Shown: piece after piece, positions 9,315 to 20,084 of the stretch
How positions within the stretch are numbered: position 1 is the stretch's first letter
Layout: every line of letters starts with the position of its first letter
NCBI GenBank assembly: GCA_937922745.1
Contig: CALAJO010000006.1
Location: forward strand, 8,095 to 72,094
Direction of reading: 5' to 3'
Origin: an uncultured cyanobacterium
GTDB taxonomy: Bacteria; Cyanobacteriota; Vampirovibrionia; Vampirovibrionales; JAGQHJ01
DNA: 64,000 nucleotides
Position numbers and translations under genes: made by a program
Notes under the pieces: model-generated
Database searches by the model: none
Seen by the model: only the letters and a program-made list of their open reading frames with translations
What the model was told of the DNA's origin: nothing

Positions 9315-10310
9315 TTAACTTAAACTGAAAGACAAAAACATCTCTTCCAGGGCAGGTTCTTCCTTCACCCGGTCGCGGATCATATTTTTCGCATGCTCCA
9401 CCTGCATAATCAGCCGTTTGATTCGTTGATACTTAACGGCATTCTCGACGTGGGTTTCCAACTGTTCCTGCAAAAAGGCCTGGAGCCTGGTTAACACGTC
9501 CGGTAAGTCAATTCCGGTATCGGCCACCAGTTGGTTGAGTAATGTCGTTTGGGCCAGAAAATCGCCGTAGTGGCCGGGCGCGAACAGGGTGCCAAATGTT
9601 TCACGCTCAATCGGCGAGAGGTCGATGGTATAACAGGAGGCCGGTGTATTAAACGGCACCAGTTGACAGCGGGAAACAATCGTATCCAGGAGCTTGTCTT
9701 CCGAATCGGTGAGGAGGAAGAACAGGACATCCAGCGGCGGTTCTTCCAGGGTTTTGAGAAACTTGTTGGCCAGCTTGTCCGGAAAAACCTTCCTGTCCAG
9801 CGGCAATAAGTCAAACAGTACGCCTTCCGTTTGCCGCCAATCCTTCGGCGGCGGGAAAGGCTGGACGTCATGCTCCGTGGCCGGGCATTCCTGCGCTCCG
9901 GTCAGGATGATAATCCGATGGAAACCGCCACTATGCAGGGCCAGCTCATTCAGCAGGTTATCAAGCTGATCCACTTTAATAACCTGGGAGGGTTTCCCGG
10001 ACTTCGTCTTGGATGTCCCGGTCTCTGGATCAATGTCCGGCAGGTAAGTAAGGTTGCTCACGGTCATCACGCCAGGATGGGCATTGTCTTCAATCCATCG
10101 GCAGGACTGGCACTGGCCGCATGCGGCGGCCGGGTTCGGCCGTTGCGAACAGTTGATAATTTGCGCCAGCCTTAAAACAAGCCGGTACGATGTGGCAAAA
10201 TCCTTGCCCCGAAAAATATAGGCATTGACCATGCAGTGGTTTTGCAACGCCTGGGTAAAAAAGCGCGTGGGTAAGGGTTGCTGCTGCTCAAAATCAATCA
10301 GGGTTTTCAT
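9315..10310 (-). CDS. holB: DNA polymerase III delta-prime subunit
   Basis: Clamp-loader hallmarks: Zn-finger CGQCQSCRW, a Walker-like region and the SRC-type SRCQ motif. The start at MKTLIDF lies 5 nt after the holA stop. Confidence 0.8.
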   Translation of the reverse strand: MKTLIDFEQQQPLPTRFFTQALQNHCMVNAYIFRGKDFATSYRLVLRLAQIINCSQRPNPAAACGQCQSCRWIEDNAHPGVMTVSNLTYLPDIDPETGTSKTKSGKPSQVIKVDQLDNLLNELALHSGGFHRIIILTGAQECPATEHDVQPFPPPKDWRQTEGVLFDLLPLDRKVFPDKLANKFLKTLEEPPLDVLFFLLTDSEDKLLDTIVSRCQLVPFNTPASCYTIDLSPIERETFGTLFAPGHYGDFLAQTTLLNQLVADTGIDLPDVLTRLQAFLQEQLETHVENAVKYQRIKRLIMQVEHAKNMIRDRVKEEPALEEMFLSFSLS

Positions 10311-10315
10311 TGTCG

Positions 10316-11281
10316 TCAGGTTCCCAGCAATACTTCCAGTGCCAAGTGACCGTCCATTTGGCCGGTTTTGGTTTTCCACTCCATCTCCACCAGGGCGCGT
10401 TTTAATTTAACCCAGCGCTGGATAGGGACGCGTGAGAACGGCGACGTCAGGTGCTTTTTAATGGTAAACGGCTTTTGCCCGGTGCGCTGGGCAATGGCGT
10501 CCATGCCGGCCCCCTTGGAATGCAGCCACATAACACGAAAAATATTATTGAAGTAGCTTTGTACCGTGGCAAATATCTCAATCGGGTGGCGGCGCGACAG
10601 GATTTCATTCAGATCCCGAAACGTGTCCGCAGGTTTTTGCTGGAGGATCCAATTATTGACCAGCAAAAATAGGTTATCGCTATGGTTGCTCAGCTGCAAC
10701 ACATCCTGCCGGGTAATGGGACGATTAAGCGCATAAATTGAGAGTTTGTCCACTTCGTTGGCCAAAGGGCGCAGTTCCGTACCCATCAGTTCAACCAGGG
10801 TATCCGCCGCTTCCGGCAGAAGCTGGATATTGTTCTGCCGGGCATGTTGCTGGAGGAACTCCGAGGCCTTATCGGTCTCCCAAAACTTGAAGGTTTCATA
10901 CTTTTCCACCCGAAACTTGGGGTGCTTCACCAGCCACTTGGGAAACTTGATCTTGCCGTCAATCTTGCTGCTGAGAAACAGCACGACTTTACTGTCATCC
11001 ACGGCCTCCAAGAGGCCTTTGAGTTCATCCAGTTGCGCGTCGGTAAAGGCATCCTTGGAGGCCTGGTGAAGAAGCGAAAAATCTTTAATCTCAACCAGGG
11101 TTTGCCCACCCAGCGCCAGGGATACGCTGCCGACTGCCTCCAACACCTTTGCAAGGGAGGGGCTGGAATAAACCCGGTGGCACAGGCTGGCCATGGCGGG
11201 ATTAACCACTTGCTGGCGCAACCGGTTTGCCGCCTGCTCCAGCAGAAAGCTCTCATCTCCGTATAAAACGACTACGGGCAT
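10316..11281 (-). CDS. holA: DNA polymerase III delta subunit
   Basis: Delta-subunit-like N-terminus MPVVVLYGDESFLLEQ with a helical C-domain. Sits immediately upstream of holB in the same operon. Confidence 0.7.
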   Translation of the reverse strand: MPVVVLYGDESFLLEQAANRLRQQVVNPAMASLCHRVYSSPSLAKVLEAVGSVSLALGGQTLVEIKDFSLLHQASKDAFTDAQLDELKGLLEAVDDSKVVLFLSSKIDGKIKFPKWLVKHPKFRVEKYETFKFWETDKASEFLQQHARQNNIQLLPEAADTLVELMGTELRPLANEVDKLSIYALNRPITRQDVLQLSNHSDNLFLLVNNWILQQKPADTFRDLNEILSRRHPIEIFATVQSYFNNIFRVMWLHSKGAGMDAIAQRTGQKPFTIKKHLTSPFSRVPIQRWVKLKRALVEMEWKTKTGQMDGHLALEVLLGT

Positions 11282-11346
11282 CCAAACCTCGCTATGTTTA
11301 TCCTACACTTTAGATACCATAGAAATAAGGCTTTCGGCTAGGAAAA

Positions 11347-12189
11347 ATGTCTCGGCCCGTGATTGCAGTGATGACGGACTTTGGCCACCGCGACGGCTTT
11401 GTGGGCGTGATGAAAGGCGTCATCCTCTCACTTTGCCGGGATGTGACGTTGGTTGACGTTGCCAATGAAATACCGCCTCAAGATGTGCGGCACGCGGCCT
11501 GGGTCTTGAACCAGGCTTTCGGCCCTTTTCCTGAAGCGACCTGTTTTTTGTGCGTGGTGGATCCGCATGTTGGGAATCCGGAACAGAAAAAGCTGCTCAT
11601 TCATTTTCCGGCGGTTCGCAAAGCCATTGTTTGTCCGGATAATGGCCTAGCCAGTTGGGTTTTGCAAAAACATCCCGATGCAAGCGCTTACGCGATAGAG
11701 AATCCTTTGCTTTGCAGAAGTACCGCGGAGCCCAGCCAAACCTTCCATGGCAGGGATATTTACGCGCCGGTTGCCGCGCATTATATTAACGCATTAATAC
11801 AGAATCGGCTTCAGGGCTTTTTATCGTCCCTGGGAGAACCCCTGCCTCTCTCCCGGCTGGTTTTACTGGCGGCCGGCGAGCCCTGCCGCACCGAGTCCGG
11901 TCGGGTTATCGGCAGAATCGAAACGGCAGATATTTATGGGAACCTGATTACCAATATCCCCAACCGTTGGCTGGCGGGATTTGAAAAAAGGCATATTGTC
12001 GTTAATCAAAAACCATACACAGCCCAAAAGGTATCCCATTACTCGGCTATATCTGATGGATGCCATGAATCGATGCAACTCGGAATTGTCGCTGGCAGCC
12101 ACGGCTGCGCAGAGCTTTTTGTTAAAAATGGTTCGGCTGCCAAGGCCTTAAGCGTGCTGCCGGGTGCAATGGTTGAAATATGGCCATAA
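11347..12189 (+). CDS. SAM hydroxide adenosyltransferase (DUF62; fluorinase/chlorinase-like fold)
   Basis: N-terminal IAVMTDFGHRDGFVGVMKGV and mid-protein TFHGRDIYAPVAAHYINA correspond to the DUF62 family represented by SalL/FlA. Confidence 0.75.
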   Translation: MSRPVIAVMTDFGHRDGFVGVMKGVILSLCRDVTLVDVANEIPPQDVRHAAWVLNQAFGPFPEATCFLCVVDPHVGNPEQKKLLIHFPAVRKAIVCPDNGLASWVLQKHPDASAYAIENPLLCRSTAEPSQTFHGRDIYAPVAAHYINALIQNRLQGFLSSLGEPLPLSRLVLLAAGEPCRTESGRVIGRIETADIYGNLITNIPNRWLAGFEKRHIVVNQKPYTAQKVSHYSAISDGCHESMQLGIVAGSHGCAELFVKNGSAAKALSVLPGAMVEIWP

Positions 12190-12530
12190 AGGCCCTCCTC
12201 TATCCAGAGGAGAAAGGCGTGATTTAAATTAAGAAGATCTAAAGATTAGTTAAAAATTGTTTGAGCAAGAGATTTTGGAATGATGAATATCGGTTGAACG
12301 CATGATGGATATCGGAGATCAAAAAAGCCTTTTCTATCGGCACTTATACGGATGTGTAAAAAAAGGTGAATAAAAAAAGCCCTAATTCATGTAAAGAAAA
12401 AGCGGGTTTTATGACTGAAATCTTTATCTCACCGCTTCGTGTCACCATTGCACCATGTTCTGGAATCCGTTATAAACAATTACAAGCATTATCACTCCCT
12501 TAAATAAGATTCGGACGGAGACTTCAATAA

Positions 12531-12962
12531 ATGATGAGACAGGCGCCTTTCAGCCTAGAAGCATTAAAACTCAGACTCATCAGCAATGCTTCCAGCCCCT
12601 CTCAAGATCCGCTTTTAACCCAGGATGGGATTCACTATTTACTCAAAGCTTTGGCTTATGCAGACGCCGCCTTCTCTGAAGAGATTGAAAACGTGCTGGT
12701 CAAGGCAGGCAGCTTAGCCGTTCCCCAGTTAATCAAAAACCTGGTTTCCGATAACAATAACGTTCGCTCGGTTTCGGCAATGGCACTCATTCGCATTGGC
12801 CGTAACGCAGAAGATGCCCTTGTGAAAGGCTATGCCAAGTATGGCAAGAAAGCCTCCAACCGTTGGGTTTTCCAGTTTATCTTCCAGGAAATGGGAATGC
12901 AGCTCCCGGTTGCCCAGATGGTTTCCGATAACACGGTCGTTCCGCTGGAGCGCGTTGGGTAA
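12531..12962 (+). CDS. Small HEAT-repeat (PBS-lyase-like) protein
   Basis: Repeats such as NVRSVSAMALIRIGRNAEDALVKG. Confidence 0.45.
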   Translation: MMRQAPFSLEALKLRLISNASSPSQDPLLTQDGIHYLLKALAYADAAFSEEIENVLVKAGSLAVPQLIKNLVSDNNNVRSVSAMALIRIGRNAEDALVKGYAKYGKKASNRWVFQFIFQEMGMQLPVAQMVSDNTVVPLERVG

Positions 12963-13095
12963 GCAAAACCCACCGGCTTGCAAATTCTTTTCGTCTTGTG
13001 GCTGCCTGATTGGAAACCGAACCCATATTTCTCATCGTCAAGCCTGCCTGCATGCGATAAAATAATGCTGTCGCATTGAACCCTTCAGGAGTGTT

Positions 13096-13662
13096 ATGAA
13101 AAACAATCGCAACCTTGTTCTGATATTTGCCATATTGCTGGTCACGATTGCGGCTGTGTTCATTTTTAAGCCAAAGCCGGATGACAATGACCCGGTAAGA
13201 CCTGACTTGGTTGATGCGGCTAAAAGCGGCAAAGTGATGGTCTACTTTAATAAGGAACGGGGAAGCGAAGTTGTCACGGAGCCGGTTGTGCGATCCTTGC
13301 CGGAAGAACTGTCCAAGGACAGCAAGGAAGTAATGTCCTATGCCCTGTTGGAACTGTTAAACGGCCCCAAGGACAATGAGAAGGATGAAGGCTTTTTCAC
13401 GGAAATCCCGGAAGGAACCCGCCTGCTCTCTGTAACGGAGACGCCCAAAGCAATGTATATCGACCTATCTGGCGCGTATACGACCGGCGGCGGCTCCAAC
13501 AGCATGATTCAACGGTTAAACCAGGTTACTAAAACCGTGGTGTCCGTGCCGCAGAAGAAACCGGTTTACCTGAAGGTTGAGGGGAAACAGCTTGATGTAC
13601 TCGGCGGTGAAGGAATAATGGTGAATGAACCCATCACAAGCGACCCCAGCGTCTCACAGTAA
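13096..13662 (+). CDS. GerMN-domain (sporulation/germination-associated) protein with an N-terminal membrane anchor
   Basis: TM helix LVLIFAILLVTIAAVF followed by the GerMN-like core LLELLNGP...GTRLLSV. Confidence 0.55.
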   Translation: MKNNRNLVLIFAILLVTIAAVFIFKPKPDDNDPVRPDLVDAAKSGKVMVYFNKERGSEVVTEPVVRSLPEELSKDSKEVMSYALLELLNGPKDNEKDEGFFTEIPEGTRLLSVTETPKAMYIDLSGAYTTGGGSNSMIQRLNQVTKTVVSVPQKKPVYLKVEGKQLDVLGGEGIMVNEPITSDPSVSQ

Positions 13663-14032
13663 ATCCGGGATTGTATTCCTGGTTCACGGAACACGAAACA
13701 AGGCAGCCCAGCCAGTGATAATGGAATCCCTTGAGCGGTTGCGGCTTCGCTTTGCCGAATCGCTCCAGCTCCCGCAAGAAGCGGTGATTTTTGGCTTTCT
13801 GGAAATTATGCCACCCCTGCTGGATGAAGCGCTGGAAACGCTTTGTCAGATGGGAAAGACGGAGATCCGAATACTCCCCCTGTTGTTGTTCCCAGGCGGA
13901 CATCTCAATGAGGATATTCCCAACATTTCCCGGCAGGTGATGGAAAAATATCCTGGTGTCCGTATCAATACCGGCAACTGTATCGGGGTAGACGAGCCCG
14001 AGTTTATGGATATCCTGATGAAGCGCCTTTAA
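13625..14032 (+). CDS. cbiX: Sirohydrochlorin chelatase, small CbiX-type
   Basis: GIVFLVHGTRN ... LLFPGGHLNEDIP, typical of CbiX(S). Overlaps the preceding gene by 38 nt. Confidence 0.6.
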   Translation: MNPSQATPASHSKSGIVFLVHGTRNKAAQPVIMESLERLRLRFAESLQLPQEAVIFGFLEIMPPLLDEALETLCQMGKTEIRILPLLLFPGGHLNEDIPNISRQVMEKYPGVRINTGNCIGVDEPEFMDILMKRL

Positions 14033-14122
14033 AGCCACGCTTTACTTATCTTTACGGATATTTTCATCCTCAACCGACTTGGCTATAATCATTGCCAATA
14101 CTTTTAGTGGGAGTTTGGGGTT

Positions 14123-14848
14123 GTGGTATCGATAGTCCGTTTTGGCTATTTGCCTTTGCTCATTCCGAAAAAACCTTTGTTTAGTGGCCAAGCCTATAAT
14201 CGCGAAGTCTTATTGGATGCGTTTGCCTCACGTCGAACCCCTCCTTTTTGTGCATATTGCGGTAATAATTTTGATAAGAAACAATCTGTCACTTTTGATC
14301 ATGCACGTCCTGACATGAGAGGAGGACGCGATGAGCCAGCCAATGGTATTTTGGCTTGTCAGCCATGTAATCATCGGCGGAGCAATTTCTCGCTACTATA
14401 TTTCCTGCAAGGCACATTATCCCACGATGATTATCTACGGCCTGATGCCATTGAGGGTAACACGCCACTCAGTGGCATCCAGCAGAATGCAAAAAAGGTA
14501 AAAAGGCGTATTTACAGTTTTTCTCGATACTTGCGATTTTTTGTGGAGAACCAAATTCGCATCAATCCAATAACGGGCTCAACATGGTTTAACCAGGCTA
14601 TCGATAACCTTTTATTTCCTATTTTACTTCCCCGCGAAGAGAAGCAGGAGAAATACATAGCTTTTGACCGGTATAAAACACGGTTTAAGGCATTGGTGAG
14701 GTTGCTTACGCCAACTTCGCCAGAATTTTGGCTGGGCCGCAAATTTCAGGGTATCATCAGTGCGGATTTTAACCAGCAGCCTCTTAAAAAAAATGCCTTT
14801 ATCAAGGCATTACAGGAATTGAGGATGGAATATCAGTTTAATCAGTAA
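14123..14848 (+). CDS. Stand-alone HNH endonuclease; low-GC gene
   Basis: HNH motif CAYCGNNFDKKQSVTFDHARPDMRGGRDEPANGILACQPCNHRRSN. GC is visibly below that of the flanks. Confidence 0.6.
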   Translation: MVSIVRFGYLPLLIPKKPLFSGQAYNREVLLDAFASRRTPPFCAYCGNNFDKKQSVTFDHARPDMRGGRDEPANGILACQPCNHRRSNFSLLYFLQGTLSHDDYLRPDAIEGNTPLSGIQQNAKKVKRRIYSFSRYLRFFVENQIRINPITGSTWFNQAIDNLLFPILLPREEKQEKYIAFDRYKTRFKALVRLLTPTSPEFWLGRKFQGIISADFNQQPLKKNAFIKALQELRMEYQFNQ

Positions 14849-14974
14849 AATTGAGGGTCCACTGGCATAGTTAAGAATTGATACAGCTTTCCAAAATCCG
14901 CTAATCTACATATTGTTTATTCCTGGAATGCTATAGTAAACTACCCATAGAGTAACGGCATAGGACGATAGGCA

Positions 14975-15481
14975 GTGCCTGTAACTGCACTTTACCCGGG
15001 AAGTTTCGATCCGGTGACCTTGGGTCACGTGGATGTTGTAACCCGTGCCAGCCGGATGTTCGACAGGATTATTATGGCAGTGGTCGCAAACCCGCAAAAG
15101 GATAGTCTTTTTGATATCCCCCACCGGATGCGCCTGGTGGAAGATTCAGTCGGGCATTTAAGCAATGTTTCTGTCGAGTCCTTTGAAGGGCTGACGGTGG
15201 AGTTTGCCCGAAAACACCGGGCCAATGTCATTATTCGCGGCCTTCGCGCCATTTCCGACTTTGAGTTTGAATTCCAGATGTCCCAAATGAACAAGACATT
15301 GTATCCTGAATTGGAAACGGTTTTCGTGATGGCGAAACTGGACTATACGTTCCTCTCCTCAAGTATGGTAAAAGAAGTGGTTAAGCTTGGAGGCAACGTG
15401 TCATCCCTGGTTCCGCAACCGGTACAAAAAGCTTTAAGTCAAGTTAGCAGTAACCTAAAGAAAGGGGAGATGCGCCATTAA
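14975..15481 (+). CDS. coaD: Phosphopantetheine adenylyltransferase
   Basis: LYPGSFDPVTLGHVDVV ... IIRGLRAISDFEFEFQM, the canonical CoaD sequence. Confidence 0.9.
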   Translation: MPVTALYPGSFDPVTLGHVDVVTRASRMFDRIIMAVVANPQKDSLFDIPHRMRLVEDSVGHLSNVSVESFEGLTVEFARKHRANVIIRGLRAISDFEFEFQMSQMNKTLYPELETVFVMAKLDYTFLSSSMVKEVVKLGGNVSSLVPQPVQKALSQVSSNLKKGEMRH

Positions 15482-15521
15482 TACGCTATATAAATTACTC
15501 GACAGGCTCGAAAGCGTCATC

Positions 15522-16121
15522 ATGGACGGAATCCCTATTCCGTTCCTTCCGTATTCCCTGGTAAACCAGGAAAAACTGATCATGTTGCTGGACAAGATCC
15601 AGACGGCCATACCGGATGAGATCCAGCAGGCCGATCAGATCCTGGGTCGGAAAGAGGAAATTCAACTGGAATCCCAGCGGCGCGCCCAGCAGATGTTACA
15701 AGAGGCCAAGCAGCAGGCTGAGATCATGCTGAGTGAGTCTGAGTTGCTGAAGGCCGTCCAAGGAGAAGCGGAGCGGATTCGCCAGCAAGTGATGACCGAG
15801 TTGCAGGCATTGCGCCAACAAACCATCGAAGAAACCGAGTCCATGCGCAATAACGCATACGAAGAAGCACGACTGGTGCGCGAAAGCGCGGATGAATATG
15901 CCGATATGGTCCTGAAGACGCTTGGCCGTAACCTTGAGGAATTCCAGGTGGTTGCAAAGAATGCGCAAAAGCAGCTTAAACGGGCCCGCGCAGAATCCTT
16001 GCAAACCCAGCATCCGCAAGCCGCAATTGCTTCAGGCAGTTTTGCAACCGGCAAAACCAAGGAGCATGCCAAGTCGCACCGTGTGGATCGCGTTTCCGAG
16101 AATCAGGAAATCGGTGTATAA
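15522..16121 (+). CDS. Coiled-coil protein, resembling the ATPase b/E or FliH families
   Basis: Q/E/A/R-rich heptad-like sequence throughout. Confidence 0.45.
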   Translation: MDGIPIPFLPYSLVNQEKLIMLLDKIQTAIPDEIQQADQILGRKEEIQLESQRRAQQMLQEAKQQAEIMLSESELLKAVQGEAERIRQQVMTELQALRQQTIEETESMRNNAYEEARLVRESADEYADMVLKTLGRNLEEFQVVAKNAQKQLKRARAESLQTQHPQAAIASGSFATGKTKEHAKSHRVDRVSENQEIGV

Positions 16122-16160
16122 GGTCGGTACTCCAAGTTCAACCATAAACCTGCAAACCTT

Positions 16161-16197
16161 AAAACCTCTTATCTTTTTGGATAAGAGGTTTTTTATG
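16161..16197 (+). terminator. Rho-independent terminator
   Basis: Hairpin aacctcttatc / gataagaggtt followed by ttttat. Confidence 0.5.
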
Positions 16198-16214
16198 TCC
16201 GGAAGTCTGAAGCG

Positions 16215-16406
16215 TTACGCGGAGGCGCGCTTTTGGGCAATGTTTTGCTGGACGTACAGCGCTGCCTTTGCAAAGGCTGCCAAGGTATCCATTGCACCTT
16301 TTAACATCTCCGGGTCTTCGCGATAACTGGCCTGCAAGCTGGCGGCATTCTGAAGGTCGTGCAAATACCGGCTTGCAACATACTGTTCAAGGCTAGGTTG
16401 GCTCAA
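16215..16406 (-). CDS. Small 63 aa protein of unknown function (TTG start)
   Basis: GGAGGAG lies 9 nt upstream of the TTG, with an AT-rich promoter-like region further upstream. Confidence 0.35.
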   Translation of the reverse strand: MSQPSLEQYVASRYLHDLQNAASLQASYREDPEMLKGAMDTLAAFAKAALYVQQNIAQKRASA

Positions 16407-17433
16407 TTAACCTGCTCCTCCAAGTCGAAATGACAATTTACTGCCTTACATATATAAAAAAACAATTTCTTCGCCAAAGTTGCCTTTTCCCCTCTGTTTC
16501 ATTAAGAAGTATGTGTGCCTTCCCTTCCTGCGAGGGCACCAGGATGCTCCGCAAATTAAGCGCGATAGGAAGCAAATGCCAATTGAAAACCAGCTTAAAA
16601 GACAGATTACCAGGTTACCTGATTTACAATATTTCTTTTTTACAAATCTGTAACACCTGTTGAATGTGCGGCATTTATAAGTAGAATATATACAATAACT
16701 TAAATGAACAATTTTGCGAGGGAAGGAGATAGTTTAGCCGGTAGGGTTTGTTAAAGCCTTGCATTTAGCGCATTCGCCGGAATGGGGTAGGTCATTTACT
16801 TGACATTGGTACCCTCCCAGCTAGATGCGGTTCAATCAAGACGAAGCAATAAGCTCTTATCGCTTGATAACTTCTTCCCTCTTTTCCTTAAGTTTACCTA
16901 CAGAACATGCTGAGTCCGAGCATCGCATTGAGTCGATGTTTCGGGCTTTTTTTTATAAAGGCTTGCGCAAATAACTAAAACTTAAACACAGCCTGATAAA
17001 ATTTCTTGCAAACAAGTTCATAGGGTTGAGATGGCCGAAAAATCACATCCGACACGGCTTGGTAAGGATTTGCCCCCTATCCTCTAGGATATACACTTGA
17101 AAACTACTGACTGTTCGGAAGTTTCGCCCGAGAATGACAAAAACCAGCCGTAGTCGGTCACACGTTGAGGGTTTCATTCGTGGAAAGAACCACGGTCTGC
17201 CAATGGCGAAGCCATTTCAACCTAAAAAACGAGACAAAGCGGCTGCACCCCTTGCGGCTTGGCTTCGTCTGTAATCATTTAAAACAACTCTTTGTACTCA
17301 CTCGCTTCCGCCATTCTAGCGAAGGCACGAATCGGGCTCAACGGGTAAATTTGCGGATTTACAAAATGTTACGCCGGGCAATTTCCGGCGGTTGCAGGGT
17401 TTAGTTCATGCAGAGTGGAACGAGGGACGTGAG

Positions 17434-20084
17434 ATGAATCGCAGGCTATATCTGTGCAGTTCGCCGTATCAGGCGTTTCAGGCGGTTTGCGGGACGGATG
17501 TCGGTAGTGATTGCGTTGTCGTAACACCGGGGGCGAAGGCCGCTCGGGCAATCGGTTTTCCGCATCGTTCGCTGGTGCAGTTTGCGCGCAAAACCCTGGA
17601 AAGCAAGGCGTAGGGGTGGCTTCCGCTTTGGTGGCACATCGCCTGCTGCGAGAGGCCATTGTGGAGAACGGTTTCTACTCGGACGTGGAGGGCGCTGCAA
17701 CGGTTATAGCGGCCGTAATTAAGGAGCTGCTTCGGGTCGCTCCTGAGAGGGATAGTCTGTGCGCCCATCCCAATACGCGCATCAGCACCTTGGCGAATAT
17801 TTCACGGCTGTACCGTGAGAAACTTCGTGGTCAAAACTGGGTTGATGCTGCGGAGATCTACAACGAAGCGTGCAAGGCTGCCGTTGAGCGTCAGACGATG
17901 CTGGTTTACGGATATATTGGGTTTTCACCGGATGAGGCTGCATTTCTCGATGCTTTGGCGGGCGAGGGAAGTTTGCTGGTTCTGCCGTATAAACTTCACG
18001 ATGGCGTTCTCAGCCATCGGGAGGTGGTGGAAATGCTTGAAACCAACGGCTGGCAAGTTGAAATTCACGAAGAAAAGCCGCTTTCCCTCGGAGAGAAGGC
18101 GGCTTCTGCCTTTTCTGCGGGTGCGCCCTTGCCGCTGGAAGTTAAAGCCGTTGTGTATCCGCATCAGGAGGCGGAGGTGCGGGGCGTTTTGCGCGAGGTC
18201 AAGCAGTTGCTTCTCCAGGGCGTACCTTCGGACGAGGTGGTACTAGTGGCGCGGGATGAGGCGCTGTACGGCCCTGTCGTCCTTTCCGTGGGCTGGGAAT
18301 ATGACTTGCCGGTTAGAGTGCTTTATGATGTGCCGCTCTTAGAAACGGCGTTTGGCGCCTGGTTCAATCTTCTTCTGGAAGTGGTTCGGGACGGGATGCC
18401 GTATGAAACGACGTTGCAGTTGCTGTCTCACCCGTTTGCCGAAGCCTTGAGCGACTGGCAATATCAGCAGGCAAGGAAGACGCATCCCAATTCCCCGTTG
18501 GACTGGGAGCGGTTGGGCGTGACGGCCTCTCTGTTTGGTTGGCCGGAGCAGGACAAGGGCGGCGCGTGGATCAAGCGGATCCAATCGGTCTTCAAGTCTT
18601 TTGATTTTCCCGGCCGCCTGGCGCATCGTCCAAGGGATTTGGCGGCGTATCAGGCTCTCCTGCAACACTTGCCCTGGCTGGAAAACACTTTTTCTAAGCC
18701 CGTATCGCTTCCTGTGTTGCTGGATGAGCTGAACGATATGTTGCGTATCCTGTCCGTGCCGGCACAACCTGGCAGGGGTGGGGTGGAGCTGCGCACGCCA
18801 AAGGATTTGACGGGCGCCCGATACCCGTATGTCTTTGTGCTGGGGATGGCGGATGGTGTGCTTCCCGCCTCGATTCCCGAGGATACGAGCCTGGATTTTG
18901 CGGATCGGGCGGAATTGATGGTAATGGAAGGGCTTCCGCTGAAGGGAATTGCACAAGCGGCCGGTGAGGAGAGGCTGGCGTTTGACGCCCTGCTCCAGAT
19001 AGCAACTAAAGCCATTACCCTCTCGTATCCTAAGCTCATCCGCAGCAGGGGGATGCTGCCCAGTCCGTACATCCAGGAATTGGGCCTGCTGCCTTCGCGG
19101 CCGGGCGACAGTGCGTTTGGCAGCCTGGAGGAAGCCCGGTGCGTGTGGCTGCCGTTGGCTGATGCCGGGGATGATCCGTTGCTGCCTGAAATTCGACGGG
19201 CATATGCGGTGGAAAGTAGCCGTGAAAGTGCTGAATCATTTGATATGTATGACGGCATCCCGGGAATTCCCATTGATGTGTCCGCACGAATCTTTTCGGT
19301 CTCGCAGTTAACGCGCTTTGGCCAGTGTCCGTTCCGGTGGTTTGCCGGGGATGTGTTGAAACTGGCGGAGCCGGACGAGGCGGAGACGGATTTGAGCGCG
19401 TTGCAGCGCGGCAACCTGTATCACAAAGTCCTGGAGTGGCTAGCGGAAAGGACGCTGACAGAAGCCTCTCCCAGGGAGGCGATGCTGAGCCTGCTGGAAG
19501 ACGTGTTTGCCGAGGCGGAGGCCCTGCTGGGCGTGGAGTCGGTACAGGCCTGGCCGGTACGCCGGGCGGAGCATATCGCCCGGCTGAGGAGAGTGCTTCA
19601 ATCACCGGGATTTTTGCCGGAAGGCCACCGTATCCGTGTCCAGGAGCTGTCGTTTGAGAGTGAGTGGTATGGGCTGCCCTTAAAGGGAAAGATAGACAGG
19701 GTGGATGAAACGCCGGAGGGCTTGGTATTTATAGACTACAAGACCAGCGGTTCCAAACCCCTTGGCGTGCAAGACGAAAAAAGGGAATTGAAGCTGGATA
19801 TTCAGTTGCCGATTTATGTACAGGCCGCCTCGGTTGGATTGTTCCCCGGCGAGGCGGTGAAAGGGGCATATTACTTCTCTGTGACCAAGGGCCTTGTGCT
19901 AAATGAAGCCGTGCCGGGAGAAAACCGGGAACTGGCGAAATTTGCCGAATCGTTCAAGGCGCGCCTGGCTCAGGGATGCTTTCCAATCCAGCCGGACAAG
20001 GAGCGGAAAGCTTGCGAATATTGCGACATGGATCTGGTGTGCCGCCAGGGAGCCCGTTTAAACCGGAAGGAGGAAACCGCATGA
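17434..20084 (+). CDS. addB: AddB/RexB-type helicase-nuclease subunit (PD-(D/E)XK nuclease with C-terminal Cys cluster). The N-terminus is disrupted by an apparent frameshift near 17600-17615.
   Basis: The 73 aa ORF (MNRRLYLCSSPYQAF...) continues in the +2 frame into the 857 aa ORF. The C-terminus holds a nuclease motif (IDRVDETPEGLVFIDYKTS) and Cys residues (CPFRW ... CEYCDMDLVC). Confidence 0.65.

Noticed and set aside
12190-12530. AT-rich intergenic region examined for a riboswitch or ncRNA
   Set aside because: Only a weak hairpin after the DUF62 gene, with no U-tract. No recognisable conserved riboswitch core.
16800-16840. Possible tRNA T-arm-like string gcggttcaatca
   Set aside because: No cloverleaf could be built. 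Flanking bases do not form acceptor or T stems.
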